From Lama guanicoe (Eukaryota), in contig MU054338.1 of assembly GCA_013239625.1 (NCBI GenBank), positions 2,916,977-2,980,976 of the forward strand: DNA of 64,000 nucleotides. Reading direction: 5' to 3'. Of this stretch, positions 25,091 through 37,063 are shown in pieces. The number at the start of each line of letters is the position of its first letter. Within the stretch, counting starts at the first letter, position 1. The notes beneath the pieces are model-generated. The model did not search any database. It was not told where the DNA came from and saw only the letters and a program-made list of their open reading frames with translations. Position numbers and translations under genes: made by a program.

Positions 25091-26464
25091 GGGCGGTGCA
25101 GGCCTGGCCGCGAGAGGCAGGCGGCCAGAGGGCCAGGGGAGGGCCCTGGACGGTCACATGCCTGCCTGCCTGGCCCAGTGTGGGCCCCGGGCCCAGCACC
25201 TTTTCCCTGCTCTCAGCACCAGGCAACTTCTGCCCACGGCACCCGCCCCGACCAGGCTGAGTGATTCATGGGCCTTCCTGTACCCCCAAGGCACTGCCTG
25301 CTTACTCTCTTGGCCTCCGGTTTACATCTAGGTTTGGTTCAAATCTCTTCTCTGCTGGGCCACCTTGGCCAGTTACCAGGCTTGTGCCTCAGTTTCCCCT
25401 TCCAGACTCCTCCCCGTGGCCCACAAGGTCTTGCTTCCTCCCTGCCCTCACCTCCTCCCTCTCCCCCTCACTCACTGTGCGTCACCCACACAGGCCTCCT
25501 CTCTGTTCCTCCAACTCTCCAGGCCTGGTCCTGCCACAGGGCATTTGCATCTGCTGTTCCCGTAGCCTGGCGCACTCTTCCCTAGACACCCATGCAGCTT
25601 CTTCCCTCACCTCCACCAGGCCTGCCTTTTGTTCCCTGCTATGTCCCCTGCAATAGAACAATACCTGGCACACAGACGGCACTTAATAAATATTTGGCTA
25701 AATGGACCAACTCATAGGGTGGATGTAAGCATGAAATGAGGTTACATGTGTAACCTGTTTACCCCAATGCCTGGTACCCAGTTGCTCAGCAAACATCAGC
25801 TTAGCATTGTCTAGGCAGAAAGAGGAACAGGGTCTGTCCCAAGCAGGGAGGGGACATGCCACATTGCAGAAGGGCTTCCCTTTAAGGGCCAAAATACAGC
25901 CCAAGACAGGTACCAACAGGATTAGGGGGCCCCTACGAGGAGATCCAGGCCTGGTGGGCTTGGGCCAACCCAGGGCGGCTTCCCAGAAGAGGTACCTTGT
26001 GCCTGAGGCCACAGACTGGGAAGTGACAGAGACAGGATTTGAACCCAGACCCAGAGCCTAAGTGCTGAGCAGGCTGCATGTGGGTGGGTGTGCAGGCAAG
26101 CAGAGACATGATTACTATGCCCTTCCTGAACACCCACTGCCTGCCCCTGAGACAGGGATCCCAGCTGTGTGCTGGCAGTGGGGTGGGGGTTCTAACCCGC
26201 TTGGTGGCTCTGGGCACTAAGCCAGGAGGAGGGAGGGTCCAGCCACTGGCCCTGATGACCCCCAGGTTGTTTCCTTGGAGTCACCACTGTGTTTGCCAAA
26301 CAGTTGGGGAACAAAACAGGATGTCTCCCAAACTCTGTCTTCCCAGCCAATGCTTCTCAAAGGTTGTGGGGAAACCCTGAGTGTGCCCCTCCCCTCCCCT
26401 GCAGGGCTGCCGCAGAACAGCAAGGAAGAGAAACGCAGCCAAAATAATAAAAATGATCATAAAC

Positions 26465-27000
26465 ACCAAGTCAGGTCCCACCCTTCCTCTGCCCACAGCC
26501 CTCCAGGCCTCCCACCTCCCTTGGGGTAAATAGCCCAAGTCCTCCCCGCAGCTCACAAGACTCCACAGGACCTGCCCCATCTCCCTGCCCTCTCCTCCTC
26601 CCTCTCTCTCCATTGCTCTCTGCTCCAGACACATGGGCCTCTTGGCTGTTCCTCCCACACACCAGGCCCAGTCCTGCCTCAGGGCCTTTGCACAGGCTGT
26701 TCCCACTGCCAGGAATGCTCACCAGTCTTTGCAAATATGTCACCTCTTCAGAAAGGTCTTCCTGGACTCCTCCTTTCCTATTTAAAAAAAAATCACCCTC
26801 CTTGTACTCCTGACACTCCTTATGTCCCATCTCATTTTTTCATCATCTATTAACACTAAGACAGTTTACTTTTTTTGTTTATTGTCTGTCTCTCCTACTG
26901 TATTGTAAGGTCCTAGAGAGCAGAATTTTTATCCAGTTTGTTCATTTCTGTGCCCCCAAGATGGAGAACTGCCTGGCACGCAGTAGGTACTCAATAACTA
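26465..27000. mobile_element. L2 fragment (one of many; others near 5990-6220, 25400-25700, 41790-42220, 45220-45470, 47440-47770, 52330-53350, 62520-62830)
   Basis: cagggcctttgcacaggctgttccc...aaatatgtcacctcttcagaaaggtcttcct...gcctggcacgcagtaggtactcaata. Confidence 0.7.
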
Positions 27001-27116
27001 ATTTTTTTGAGGGGGGGCTAATTAGGTTTGTTTATTTTTAACAGAGATACTGTGGATTGAACCCAGGACCTCGTGCATGCTAGCCACACACTCTAGCACG
27101 GAGCTATACCCTTGCC
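27001..27116 (-). mobile_element. tRNA-derived camelid SINE (vic-1-like)
   Basis: On -: gggtatagctccgtgctagagtgtgtggctagcatgcacgaggtcctgggttcaatcc plus tail; TSD ctcaataacta / ctcagtaacta. Confidence 0.8.
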
Positions 27117-28368
27117 CTCAGTAACTATTTGTTGAATGAACAAATGAATGAGTGGATAATAGCTTCCATGAGTGAAGCGTCTGCTAGGATTGAGCACAGC
27201 TGTCTTACCCCCACTTTCACACCCATTTCACAGAGGGGAAAATGGGGGTTCAGAGAGGAAGAGTCACTTACCCATTTGAAGGCAAGGCAGGGACTCAACC
27301 CCAGGGCCTTAACTACTGCTCCCTCCCAGCAGATTTCAGGACCTCCCTCATTCTTTCCCTCCCCTCTGCTCTGGTCAAACTGATTCTCAACTGCTGTGCC
27401 TTTACCTGAGCCAGTCCCTCTGCCACATGGCCTTTCTGTGTGCCATTCTGCTCCCGCTCACTGAGCCTGGCCCTCCAGGGGCCCCCAACCTCATGGGGGA
27501 AGAGAAGGCAAGGCTGCCTGTGGTTTCTGTCCAGGTAGAAAGGGCTTGGAGTTCCAAGAAGGTGGGCTCTGGAGGGGCAGAGCTGTCCCACTGGGGGAGT
27601 CAGGGAGGGCCAGGGAGGTGGTGGTATTGGGGCTGGCGTGAGGATGGATGAGACGGCATTCCAGTCCCAACCTGAGCAAAGGCCCCAAGGTTGGGGAATG
27701 TGCACCAGCATCTGTGTCAGGCCGAAGATGAAACTGGAAGTCCTCAAACACCAGGGTGAGGAGCATGGGTGTTTGGTCTGAAGGTGACAGGGAGCCATGG
27801 ACATTCCTAAGCAGCGGCAGGAGGTCAATCTGGCTGGCGGAAAGTGGTTGGGACTCCCAGAGCCACCCTTGGACTGGGTCCCAGGGAAACCAGGGGCCAC
27901 CCTGACCTCACCACACCAGACTGCGGTTTCCCAACGCCCTGCCTGGCCACAAGGGAGTCTGAGGGGCAGTCAAGAACACGGTCAGAGGACGGGAGGGCCC
28001 CCATGAGGCTGGCCTGTGGCCCTTGCCCTGCCTTTGTCTCCCCCATCCTGACTGGTCCAGGGAAGTGGGCAAGGAAGGGCTGTTCCCTCTGACTTTTCCC
28101 TCTTCCTGATCCTGCTGCCTGCAGTTTCCAAGAAATTCATTTAAACTAAAGTGTGAACAGCTTCCACACTAAGAGGCTACATTTGAATGCTTTAACCCAA
28201 GTGGGCTGGGCGCTAACAGTAGAACCCCAGACAGGATGACAAGCTGGTCAGGGAGGCATCGCTCCTTTCAAATCTAGAACCCTGGCTGGTGCCATACTCT
28301 CACACACCTCTCAGCCACCCTCACCCCCCGCTGGAATAGACACTGGCCTTTGGACAACATGAATCACC

Positions 28369-28374
28369 TTTATT
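28369..28374 (-). terminator. PLIN5 poly(A) signal AATAAA
   Basis: tttatt on +, about 500 nt past the PLIN5 stop. Confidence 0.7.
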
Positions 28375-28794
28375 CTGGAGAGTAGACACCAACCAGCAAA
28401 GCAAGTGGGTATGGCGGGTCCAGCTGTAGCAGCCAGGTATCTCTGGGGACCCCAGTCCAGGATGGACAAGAGGAGGAGAGAGGTGCTCACTTCTCAAAGC
28501 CCCAGATAGAAGCTTGTGCTTCTACTTGGGCAAAACGTGTGCTTCTCTGGGGAGTTTTGATCAGCTTCTTGGGGTGGGACAATTGGGACCGCAGGCCGTG
28601 AACCCACCTTGGGGCTAGTCGACCTGAGTTAGGTTCAAGTCCTCACGTGTCCAGGGGGAAGACTGGGAATGGTCTGATATCAATGAAGCTGGTCTAGATT
28701 CAGAATTCAGCCCCTAATCCCCACCCAGCTCTATTCCCGGGCCAAGGCCAAGGCCAGGGCCAAGGCCAAGGCATCGGCTAGTAGTGCTGGGGTA

Positions 28795-28813
28795 TGACCA
28801 CTAGGGGGCAGCA
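28795..28813 (+). promoter_or_regulatory. CTCF consensus motif TGACCACTAGGGGGCAGCA in the PLIN5 3'UTR
   Basis: Near-perfect match to the CCACYAGRKGGCRS core. Confidence 0.55.
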
Positions 28814-28873
28814 GAGATAGCCGGGTGCAAAACGGCCTCCCGCTGCCTCTGCTGCCCCACGGTCCCCATCGGG

Positions 28874-31800
28874 TCAGAAGTCCAGCTCTGGCATCAGAGT
28901 GTGCTTGGGGTGGTTGAGGGGCTCAGGCTCCTCCTCGGGAATTTTCCCCGGGAGGCCTGTCCCATCCCCGTGCCGAGCCTCCCAGGCTCTCTGCTGGGCC
29001 GGCCAGTCCAGGTGCGCCCAGCGTGGGTCGGGCCCCCCCACGACCTCGTCCACCAGGGCCTCCAGGTCGGGCGGGGGCCCCGACCGCTCCACCAGGATGG
29101 GCGCGAAGGGCCCGACCAGCCAGGGCAGTGGCACGGCCTGCACCACCAGCTCCAGCAGCTCGTCCACACAGGCGTGGGCCCGGGCCACGCTGCCCCGGCC
29201 CTCGGCCAGCACGGCCGCCGGCACATCCCCGAAGCAGCGGGCGTCGGCGAAGGCGACCTGCAGAGCGTCCACGCTGCGCCGCACCTCGGCCACCTTCTCC
29301 TGGGCGTTGGGAGGCAGGCCCCGCACGCTGGTCTCCAGTACGTCCACGGTGCTCTGCAGCTCCCGCATCAGACTGCGGGACAGCACCAAGGTCTCCAGCT
29401 CCGCCTGCGGGGGAGGGGAGGGGAGGACTTTCGCCAGGAAAACTGCCCTGCCTCAGTTTCCCCAGGGACACTCCAACCAGCTGACCTCAGCACTTGGTTG
29501 GAGATGGCTGGAGTCTGGCCCCTGGGCAGATCCAGACCACCCTCACTTTCCCTTTCTCCGCACCATCCTACCTGGCTGCGGCGGCGGCCGTTCTCTGGGG
29601 GGCACTGGCTCCAGTCCTCCCACAGCTCATGCACCTTCCCAGGGCGGGCTGGGGTGATTGGGGTCACCCCGCACTGCATGCGGTCGATCTGTGGAGTGGG
29701 AGTCAGAGCTGGAGGATTCAGGGGTTGGGGGAGCCAGGACCCTAGCCTGGATCTGGCCTCAATAAGCATTTAGGGAACAACCCCTGTACATAACCTTCCC
29801 CACCTGCTGATTCAGCCTGGCCAGCCTGCCCTTTGGCTAGACCCTGTGACCCGTGGTTCCCCTGAAGCTCAGGTTCACTGCCAGGCTTTTGCCCACGCTG
29901 GTGCCTCTGTCAGCTACTCCCCTTCCCCCTGCCTGGTTCACTCCAATTCAAGTCTCCTTGTAGATGTCACCATCACCCCCTCCAAGAAGCCTTCCTTCCC
30001 CTACTCCTGGCTGGGCGGATCCCTCCTCTGGGTCCCACAGCACCCAGCATGCTCTCCTGACTCTGATCCCCCTACTAGACTGTGAGTGTCCTGAGGGGGC
30101 CACTGTGCCTTCAGTGCCCGGGACAGGAAAGGTATTAGAAGATTAATAGAAATAAATTGTGGTTCATTCATACGATAGAACAGTCTGCCCTCTGTGTCCA
30201 CGGGTTCCTCATCCTCAGATTCAACCAAAATTCTCAGTTTGTTGAACTGAGTGGATACAGAGGGCAGACTGTACTACATACGCTGTTTTGTAGAAGTGAC
30301 CTGAGCACCCACGGATTTTAATATTCGTGGGAGGTCTTGGAACCAATCCCTCACGGATACCGAGGAACGACTGTATTATTCAGCCTTAAAAAGGAAGGAA
30401 ATTCTGACACATGCTACAATATGGATGAACCATGAGAACACATGCTCAGTGAAATTAGCCGTCTGTGGGGCTCACAGGTGCCCTCTGGTGGCTGCTTCAG
30501 GAGAGACAGGCTGTGGGGTATGGGATGAGAGCCTGGACCCAGGTGGAGGGACGAGATGTCGGCCGGCTCAGGGCAGACTTTGAAGGCAGAGCCAACAGTA
30601 CTGGCTGATGTGTTGGATGAGGAAGAGGAGGAGAAGAGGAGAATTGAGAGTGACTCTCAGGTTTTGGCCTGAGCCTCTGGAAGGACAGAGCTGCCGTCAG
30701 TTGAGATGGGGAGCAGGGTGGGGGGCGTCTGAACTTGTCAAGCCCAGCAAACAGGAGCTGTGAAGTTCCTTTGGAGCAGGGAGGGGTGCACGATGCGGGG
30801 AGAAGCTGGGTATGAGGTAAAACCCAAAGTCTGGGGAAGATTGGGGTTGGTGACTGGGAAGCCCAGAAAGAAGCACCTCCACCCACTTCTCATCTACCTT
30901 CCCTGCCTGTGGTCTCCAGCTGCTACTTCCCTCCTGACTTTCCAGGCTGAGCCTTGGTGCCCACTGGGTGCCTCCGGCCCAGGTTCCCCGACTCCCCAGC
31001 CCTGAACACACATGGCTCTGCCTCCCCTTTCAGACTAGCCCGGAACCAAGTACTCCGCTGGCACTCAGTCCATGCTTACTGGCCTGCATCCCCGGGCTGA
31101 GGTGGGCAGAGGGCTCTCACCAGCTCCAGAGTCTCCTGCAGCTGGGCCAGTGTGTCCTGGGCATCATGTTTCCTCTGCCTCAGTTTCCCCAGAGAGTGCT
31201 CATATGCCAGGTGGCGGAGCCGCGCAGACAGGGAGCCCAAGCACACAAAGTAGCCCTGATGTCGCCTCTGCTCTTCCACCGAGCCCACTTCCGGGCCCTC
31301 CACCTCTGCCGCCAGTGCCGCTGGAGGAGGGGGTAGGGGTGGGGAGTCAGTGTGGCCACGCCCTCTGCCTCTGCTCACCCTCCTGGGTGGACAAACCCAT
31401 GGGTGCCTAAATTTATAGTTTCCCTTTACATATTAACTCATTTGACCTTCCCCAAGCCCTACAATGCAGGCACTATTATTAGGTCCATGTATAGATGAAG
31501 AAAACGGAGATAAGAGAGGTTAAGTCCCACAGCATCCAAGAGGCAGATGTGGGATTCGAACCAGGCACTCTTAACCATTCTCCTAACTGCTTCTGAAAGA
31601 ACTGATCACAAGTGCTTGGCACACAGTAGGTGTTTCAAAGATGCTTCACAGCCTTTCTGCCAAGGATGGAGTATGTCCACATGTACGTCTAGGGCCGTAA
31701 AGCAGAGCTGAGAAGTCAGATGGCCTGCAGGGTCAGCAGACAGGATGTAGAACTTGGAGAATAGTGGGGTTTAAGGGAACCATGTAAAGGGGAGGATGCT

Positions 31801-34800
31801 ATTCGACCTAACTGTCCGGTTTTTCAAGGCAAGCTAGAAATCAGGATTTGTAGGACAAAATCTGATTTTTCAATGCATGTGATGAATTAAGCCATTTTAA
31901 AGGCATTGCACAGGCCAAATACTACAATATGGAGGGCCGCCAGTTTGACACTGTGGCCCTCGAGTCTCTAGTCCTGTATGCTCTTGGGGGTCTGGGCAGT
32001 CAAGTTTCTAGGAGGGTGTGTGTCAGGGACTGTGTTAGTGGACGGGGAGGTCAGGCCTGGGCTGGAGCTCCTGCTGATCTGCTGTGTGGCCTTGGGTGAG
32101 TCCCAGACCTCTCTGATCCAAAACTCTCAGGGGTGGGGACTGGCAGGATTCAGGGACCTTACCGAGCTCTTCCTCGGTCATGGGCAGGAAGTGGTCCACC
32201 AGCTCCTCCGACTTGCCCAGCACGACGTCCACTGCATGGCTCATAGATTGTTTCAGCTCCACACTCCAGCGGCGGCCCTGCCGCGCCAGGCCCACCACGC
32301 CTGTCACACCACTGGCCACTGCGTCCTTGGCTGAGGTCACCACCTGGCGGGAAGAACCCCTGGTTTCCAGCTCCCTTTCCCTGACCTCAGCTCCCTGGGG
32401 CTTCAGGGCAAGGACCCCTGGCCCTTTCCTGGCTTTGGGCCACAGTTTCCCCTCTATAAAATGGAGGGAAAGAAAATCGCTTCCTCACAGGGTTGTCGAT
32501 GGGCTTCTCAGCACCAGCTGGCACATATTAAGTGCTCAGAAAATGTGGGTGTCAATTATTTTCATCTGGCTGATGTTTTGCAAGTTGACGAAAAAAGCCT
32601 GACTCGTCCCTGGAGTCTAACCAGCCCAGCCATCCAGGCCAGCTCAGAGGAGACTGTATTCCTCGCTCCCACCTCTACCCACTGCAGGTCCCCGCAGTCT
32701 GCCGGTGCCGGTACCGTCTCCGAAGGTTGCTGGAGAAAGGGCAGCTTCTCCTCCAGCTTGTCCAGGCACATGCAGGCTAGACTGTTCACTGTAGCCACTG
32801 CAGACAGAGAGGCAGGGAGTGAGAATCGGGGAGATGTGGCAGGAGATAGGGACACACAGAGGGTCACAGAGGGAGGGGGTGCTGGGGGAGAGGCAGAGAA
32901 AAAAGGAGACACACACAGAGGGAAGGAGAGAAACTGGGAGAGACAGAGAGGGGCCTGAATCATGGGGGGCACTTGGCTGGCTCCCTGCAAGGGGCTGGGG
33001 GGCCCTGAGGGTGTGGCTGGGCCACCAGGCTGGACCCCACCTCTCTGCCCTTCTCGCCTCTGCCCTACCACTGGCTACTGCCAGCACCAAGGTGACTCCT
33101 CACTGGCGCCCAGCTCATATGCCCCAGGAAGCAGGTTCAAGGTCACATAAGCCAGCTGAGAAGGAAGCAGGTGAGGCCCTGGGCTGGGACCCTCAGGTGA
33201 TCCCCTTCCTCAGTGAGATGTGAGGCCCAGGGTCTCTCTGCCCCCTTCCCCCACCACCAAGTGGGACTCCTGAGCTAGTCTCAGGCTCAGGACAGGCGGA
33301 GGCAGGGACAGAGGGGCAGACAGGGGAGAGAGGCTGGACTCAAGGCACATCAGGCCAAGAGATGACAGTGAGATGGACAAAATGGGGACAAAAGAAAGGG
33401 GACCACAAGTAAACAGCTCAGGGCAGTCAGCCAGGCGATCAAACTGCAGAGGGACAATAAGCAGAGGCAGAGGGCAGGAGGGATGCAGGTACAATGAGGG
33501 GGGTGGAAAGGCAGACAATGGAAGGGAAGATGGAGCAGGCAGAAGGACCCAAGAGAGGGTGACACAGGTGGCTGGGGGACAGGCAGGCAGAGACTAAAGG
33601 CACACAGGATAGGTAAGGCGAGGAGGAATGCCAGGCCCCTGGGGTCCATGGCAGCCCACGTCATGCAGAGGGAGCGTGAGTGGTGGGGGCAGTGGGACGC
33701 ACCACAGGACCCAGGACATGGGCTTGGATGACTCACACTGGGGCTGCAGGTGGCTGAGCAGCGGCTGGGCGTGGTCCAGGGCATGGGTGGTCAGGCTGCA
33801 CACGCAGCGCTCGGCCAGGTGACAGGCAGAGCCCAGCAGTGGGTGTTTGTCCTTGGTGGCACTGTAAGCATCGGAGACTGCAGTGCACGTGGCCCTGACC
33901 AGGGGCAGGGCCGCCACACGCTGCAGCACATTCTGCAGGAAGGGGTGGCATCAGCGGGGACCTCAGGGGTGGTGAGGGGCTCAGCCACATGCTGGATAGC
34001 CCACTCACCCTCTCTGGGCCAGGACGAGGGGTGGGCAAGAGGGGCCGGGGCGGGGGGCGGGGCGCGCTCTGAGCACAGCTGTGTAGAGGCAACAGAGACC
34101 TACCCAGAGGCGCGCCTGTTCTCAATAGCATACACAGAGTGGGACCAGGTCTGAAAGAACTAGGCTGCTCTGCTCCAGGGAAGAGCCACTAGTGTCTGGC
34201 CATTAAGAGCACAGCCTCTGAAGCAAGACGACCTGTGTTTGGTTCCGATTTGGCCACTTCCAAGCTGTGCGAGCTTCGGCAAGTGAGTGCACTGCTCTGT
34301 GACTCAGTCTCCCCGTTTGTAAAATGGGTCTCTAGGGCTGTGGTGGGGATTCAAGGAGCCGATATATGTGGCTGCTTGGGACACTGAGTGATGCCGAGTT
34401 TAGGCTATGATTGCTGCTACTTTATTGTTGTTGTTAAGAGTGCCATGATGGTGGACACAGAAACAGAGAGATACAGGCAGAGACCCAGAGATGGGAGAGG
34501 GAGAGAGTTGAGCAGAGGCCAGGTAAGCTGGCCGGGAATGTCTGGAGAGACATGCACCTCCCTGGGCCTCACTTTGCCCCTCTGGGAAATGGGTAGAATG
34601 TGCCTCTCCTCCACCCCCACGGTCCAAAATGGTGTGAGTGAGGCACTCACAACAAGGATAGAGGTGAGTGGAGCAGATCCCGTCTGAAACTACCCTAGGA
34701 GGGACTGTCCCCCCACCCTCTCCCGTGCCCTGCTCCACGGGGGCCACAGCCCCTCACCTGCTGGTCCTGCTCCCACAAACTGGTTCTGGGGGCCTGAGCT

Positions 34801-34817
34801 GCCTCCTCTTCTGACAT
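28874..34817 (-). CDS. PLIN5: Perilipin-5 (OXPAT/LSDP5), about 455 aa
   Basis: Coding exons (-): 34817-34758 (MSEEEAAQ), 33932-33737 ([12 protein letters not shown]), 32797-32715 ([17 protein letters not shown]), 32343-32163 (RRWS PKA site), 31320-31121, 29688-29572, 29404-28874 (ends [10 protein letters not shown]). Phases are consistent. Confidence 0.97.
30181..30375. mobile_element. Tigger/MER2-like non-autonomous DNA transposon remnant with an inverted repeat
   Basis: cagtctgccctctgtgtccac (30181) pairs with gtggatacagagggcagactg (30251); ggaaccaatccctcacggataccgaggaacgactgta terminus. Confidence 0.6.
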
Positions 34818-35616
34818 GCCTGCTGCAAACAGGTCACCCTGGGGGGCAGGATAGAGTGAGGGCCCCGACACCCCAGCTTTCCCGGCTGCTGCCCAGGCCC
34901 TGGGCTCTGTCCGGCTTGGGCTTTGTGACCCAGGCAAGTCTCATTCCCTCTTGGGGCCTCAGTTTCCTCATCTGCAAAATGGGGTAATGATACCTACTTC
35001 AGATCATCACGAGCAAGGACAGTGCGTGCGCAGGTTTACAGTAGGTGCACACTTGAGAGCCTCTGGCAAGGTGGGGCCCCTGTCGTGATTCAAAGCATGG
35101 GCTCTGGGGAGAGAGACACCAGCATTTGAATCCTGCCTTGACCGGCTCCCTGACTCTGGGCGAATGCCTTCACCTGCGTGGGCTGCAAAGGGAGGCAGAT
35201 GCCTGTTGCCCCCGGCCTGGGACAGAACTGGGCACGTAGTCCCCTGCAGGGGTGCTGGTGGTAGCTCTGGAATCCCAGTAAACCCACAGTCCAGCTTGAC
35301 AGACAGGGAAACTGAGGCCCACAGCGGGTCCATGTTGGGCCCAAGGTCATTCAGTTAAGTACACTCAGACTGGGAGTTCTACCTCACACTCCCCGCCTGC
35401 AGCACTTCCCCTGTCCCCACCCAGCATCCTCTGAACCCTAGTCCTCGCCCAACTGGGTCCTGAGCTTGGGCCAACTGGGCCAAGGGTCTCAGCCACCTGC
35501 TCCGGCCCATCACATCCCTATCTCCCTAAGCCGCTGGACTCTCGCTCGCCCGCTCGCGCACCCACCCACCCACCGGGCTGCAGGGCGCTCCTGGACGCTG
35601 CCCGCGCGGCACTCAC

Positions 35617-35785
35617 CTGGGCGCGTGCAGCCTCAGCCCCCAGGTACCGCGGCGGACCCTAGACTCAGGCTCCAGTCTCCACCCCGAGCCCACCCTGCCC
35701 ACCTTATAGCGGCTTGGGGGCAGGGCCCAAGGTCCCGACCAATGGAGAAAGGCTGTCGGGGGGCGTGCCCCGAGGGCGGGGCTTA
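35617..35785 (-). promoter_or_regulatory. PLIN5 core promoter (TATAA 35708-35704, CCAAT 35739-35743, GC box 35772-35782) and non-coding exon 1 ending at 35617
   Basis: Motifs in a CpG-rich patch; donor CAG|gtgagt at 35617/35616; acceptor before 34838. Confidence 0.65.
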
Positions 35786-36520
35786 AGACCCCTCCCCTTC
35801 TTCCTAGTGGCTCCTGGAGCGCTTCTCAGTTGCCATAGCAACCTGGAGACGCTGGTGCCCAAGGATTGAGCTACTTTTGTTGGCCAAATTGGCCACCTGT
35901 CACCCTCACTGCTGTTGCAGCAGAGACAGTGGAGGGCGATTACAGCCCCCACAGATTCTCCCCGTGACCTTGGGCAAGTTCTCAAGGTCTTTCCTTTTAT
36001 TTTTGAAAATCTGCCACTTAACTAAATCAGGAGACAGGCAGGAGCAAAATGAGGCTCACAGTGCTTAAAACCACTTGCCTCAGGTCGCCTAGTGATTGAA
36101 CAATCTGATTCAACCCCAGCTCTGCCAGACTCCAGAACCCTGGCTTTCATTGCCACTCCGGAATGACCACCGATGTGGGCACTTCCCTCCTTCCAGGGAG
36201 CGTCAAAAACCGAGCATGCCCAAACATCCCACCATCCTCCCAGTCTGACCTTGACCCCACCATGCCCAACGCTGTGTTGGCAGGTGGCCCAGAGGTTCTG
36301 GAACTGTGAAAATACAGCCCCCCTGGGCCTCTGCCCAGGTGTTCAGCCCTATCCAGCCTGCCCACACTTGCCCTGGGCAGCTGCCCTCCTGGTTATCATG
36401 GGCCAGTGTGAAAAATTATTTGGAGCCCTGAAGCAATCTGGTTTAATTTAAACCTTCCCCAGGACGCAAGCTCTGGCAGGAATCCACTGGTAAAATGACA
36501 CCCAGGGCAATGGTCAGGGT

Positions 36521-36715
36521 TTTATTTCCAGTTCAGTCCTGGGACGGGGAGAGGGGGAGGAGCAGTCATGGCTGTCAGATCCCAATTGCCATTCGTATGG
36601 GATTTCATGGCATGGCTCCTCTGTCCTCCAGCTTCATCCTGGAGACCTAAGAATTCGACTTGGGAGATGTTAGGGACACAGCAAATACATCCAATTCCGT
36701 TCCAAGTTATTTATT
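36521..36715 (-). terminator. Candidate LRG1 poly(A) signals (AATAAA at 36715-36710 and 36526-36521)
   Basis: Two tttatt hexamers about 350 and 540 nt past the LRG1 stop. Confidence 0.55.
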
Positions 36716-37063
36716 AACCTCTTCTGGTCTGACCCCAAACGCAGTAATGCTAGGTTAAGGGGAACCCAGCCCCAGGCCCTGCACTCAGAGAACCCCTCAA
36801 ACTAGGGGACAGAGTCAGATGGCCAGGGCAGGCTGAGGGAGCCAGAGACCAAGAGATCTGGGAAATGGTGCCTCTGGAAGAGGGTATAGCTTGAGCAAAT
36901 TGCAGAGGCAGGGAAAAGCCCCAGGTGGGTTTTGGGAAGTGTTGGCGAAACAGGTCCTGGCAACAATTGGAAGCCCCAGTCTCACCCTCAGAAGGTGGGA
37001 TTATTTGCTAAGTGGGGTGCAGTGTTCTGCCAAGCCTTGTCTTCCCACCCCCACCTCAGCCCT

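Noticed and set aside
35337..35349. DR1-like GGGCCC-A-AGGTCA (similar site near 24605)
   Set aside because: It lies within MIR core sequence (gaaactgaggc...cccaaggtca), which is ubiquitous, so it is not evidence of a PPRE by itself.
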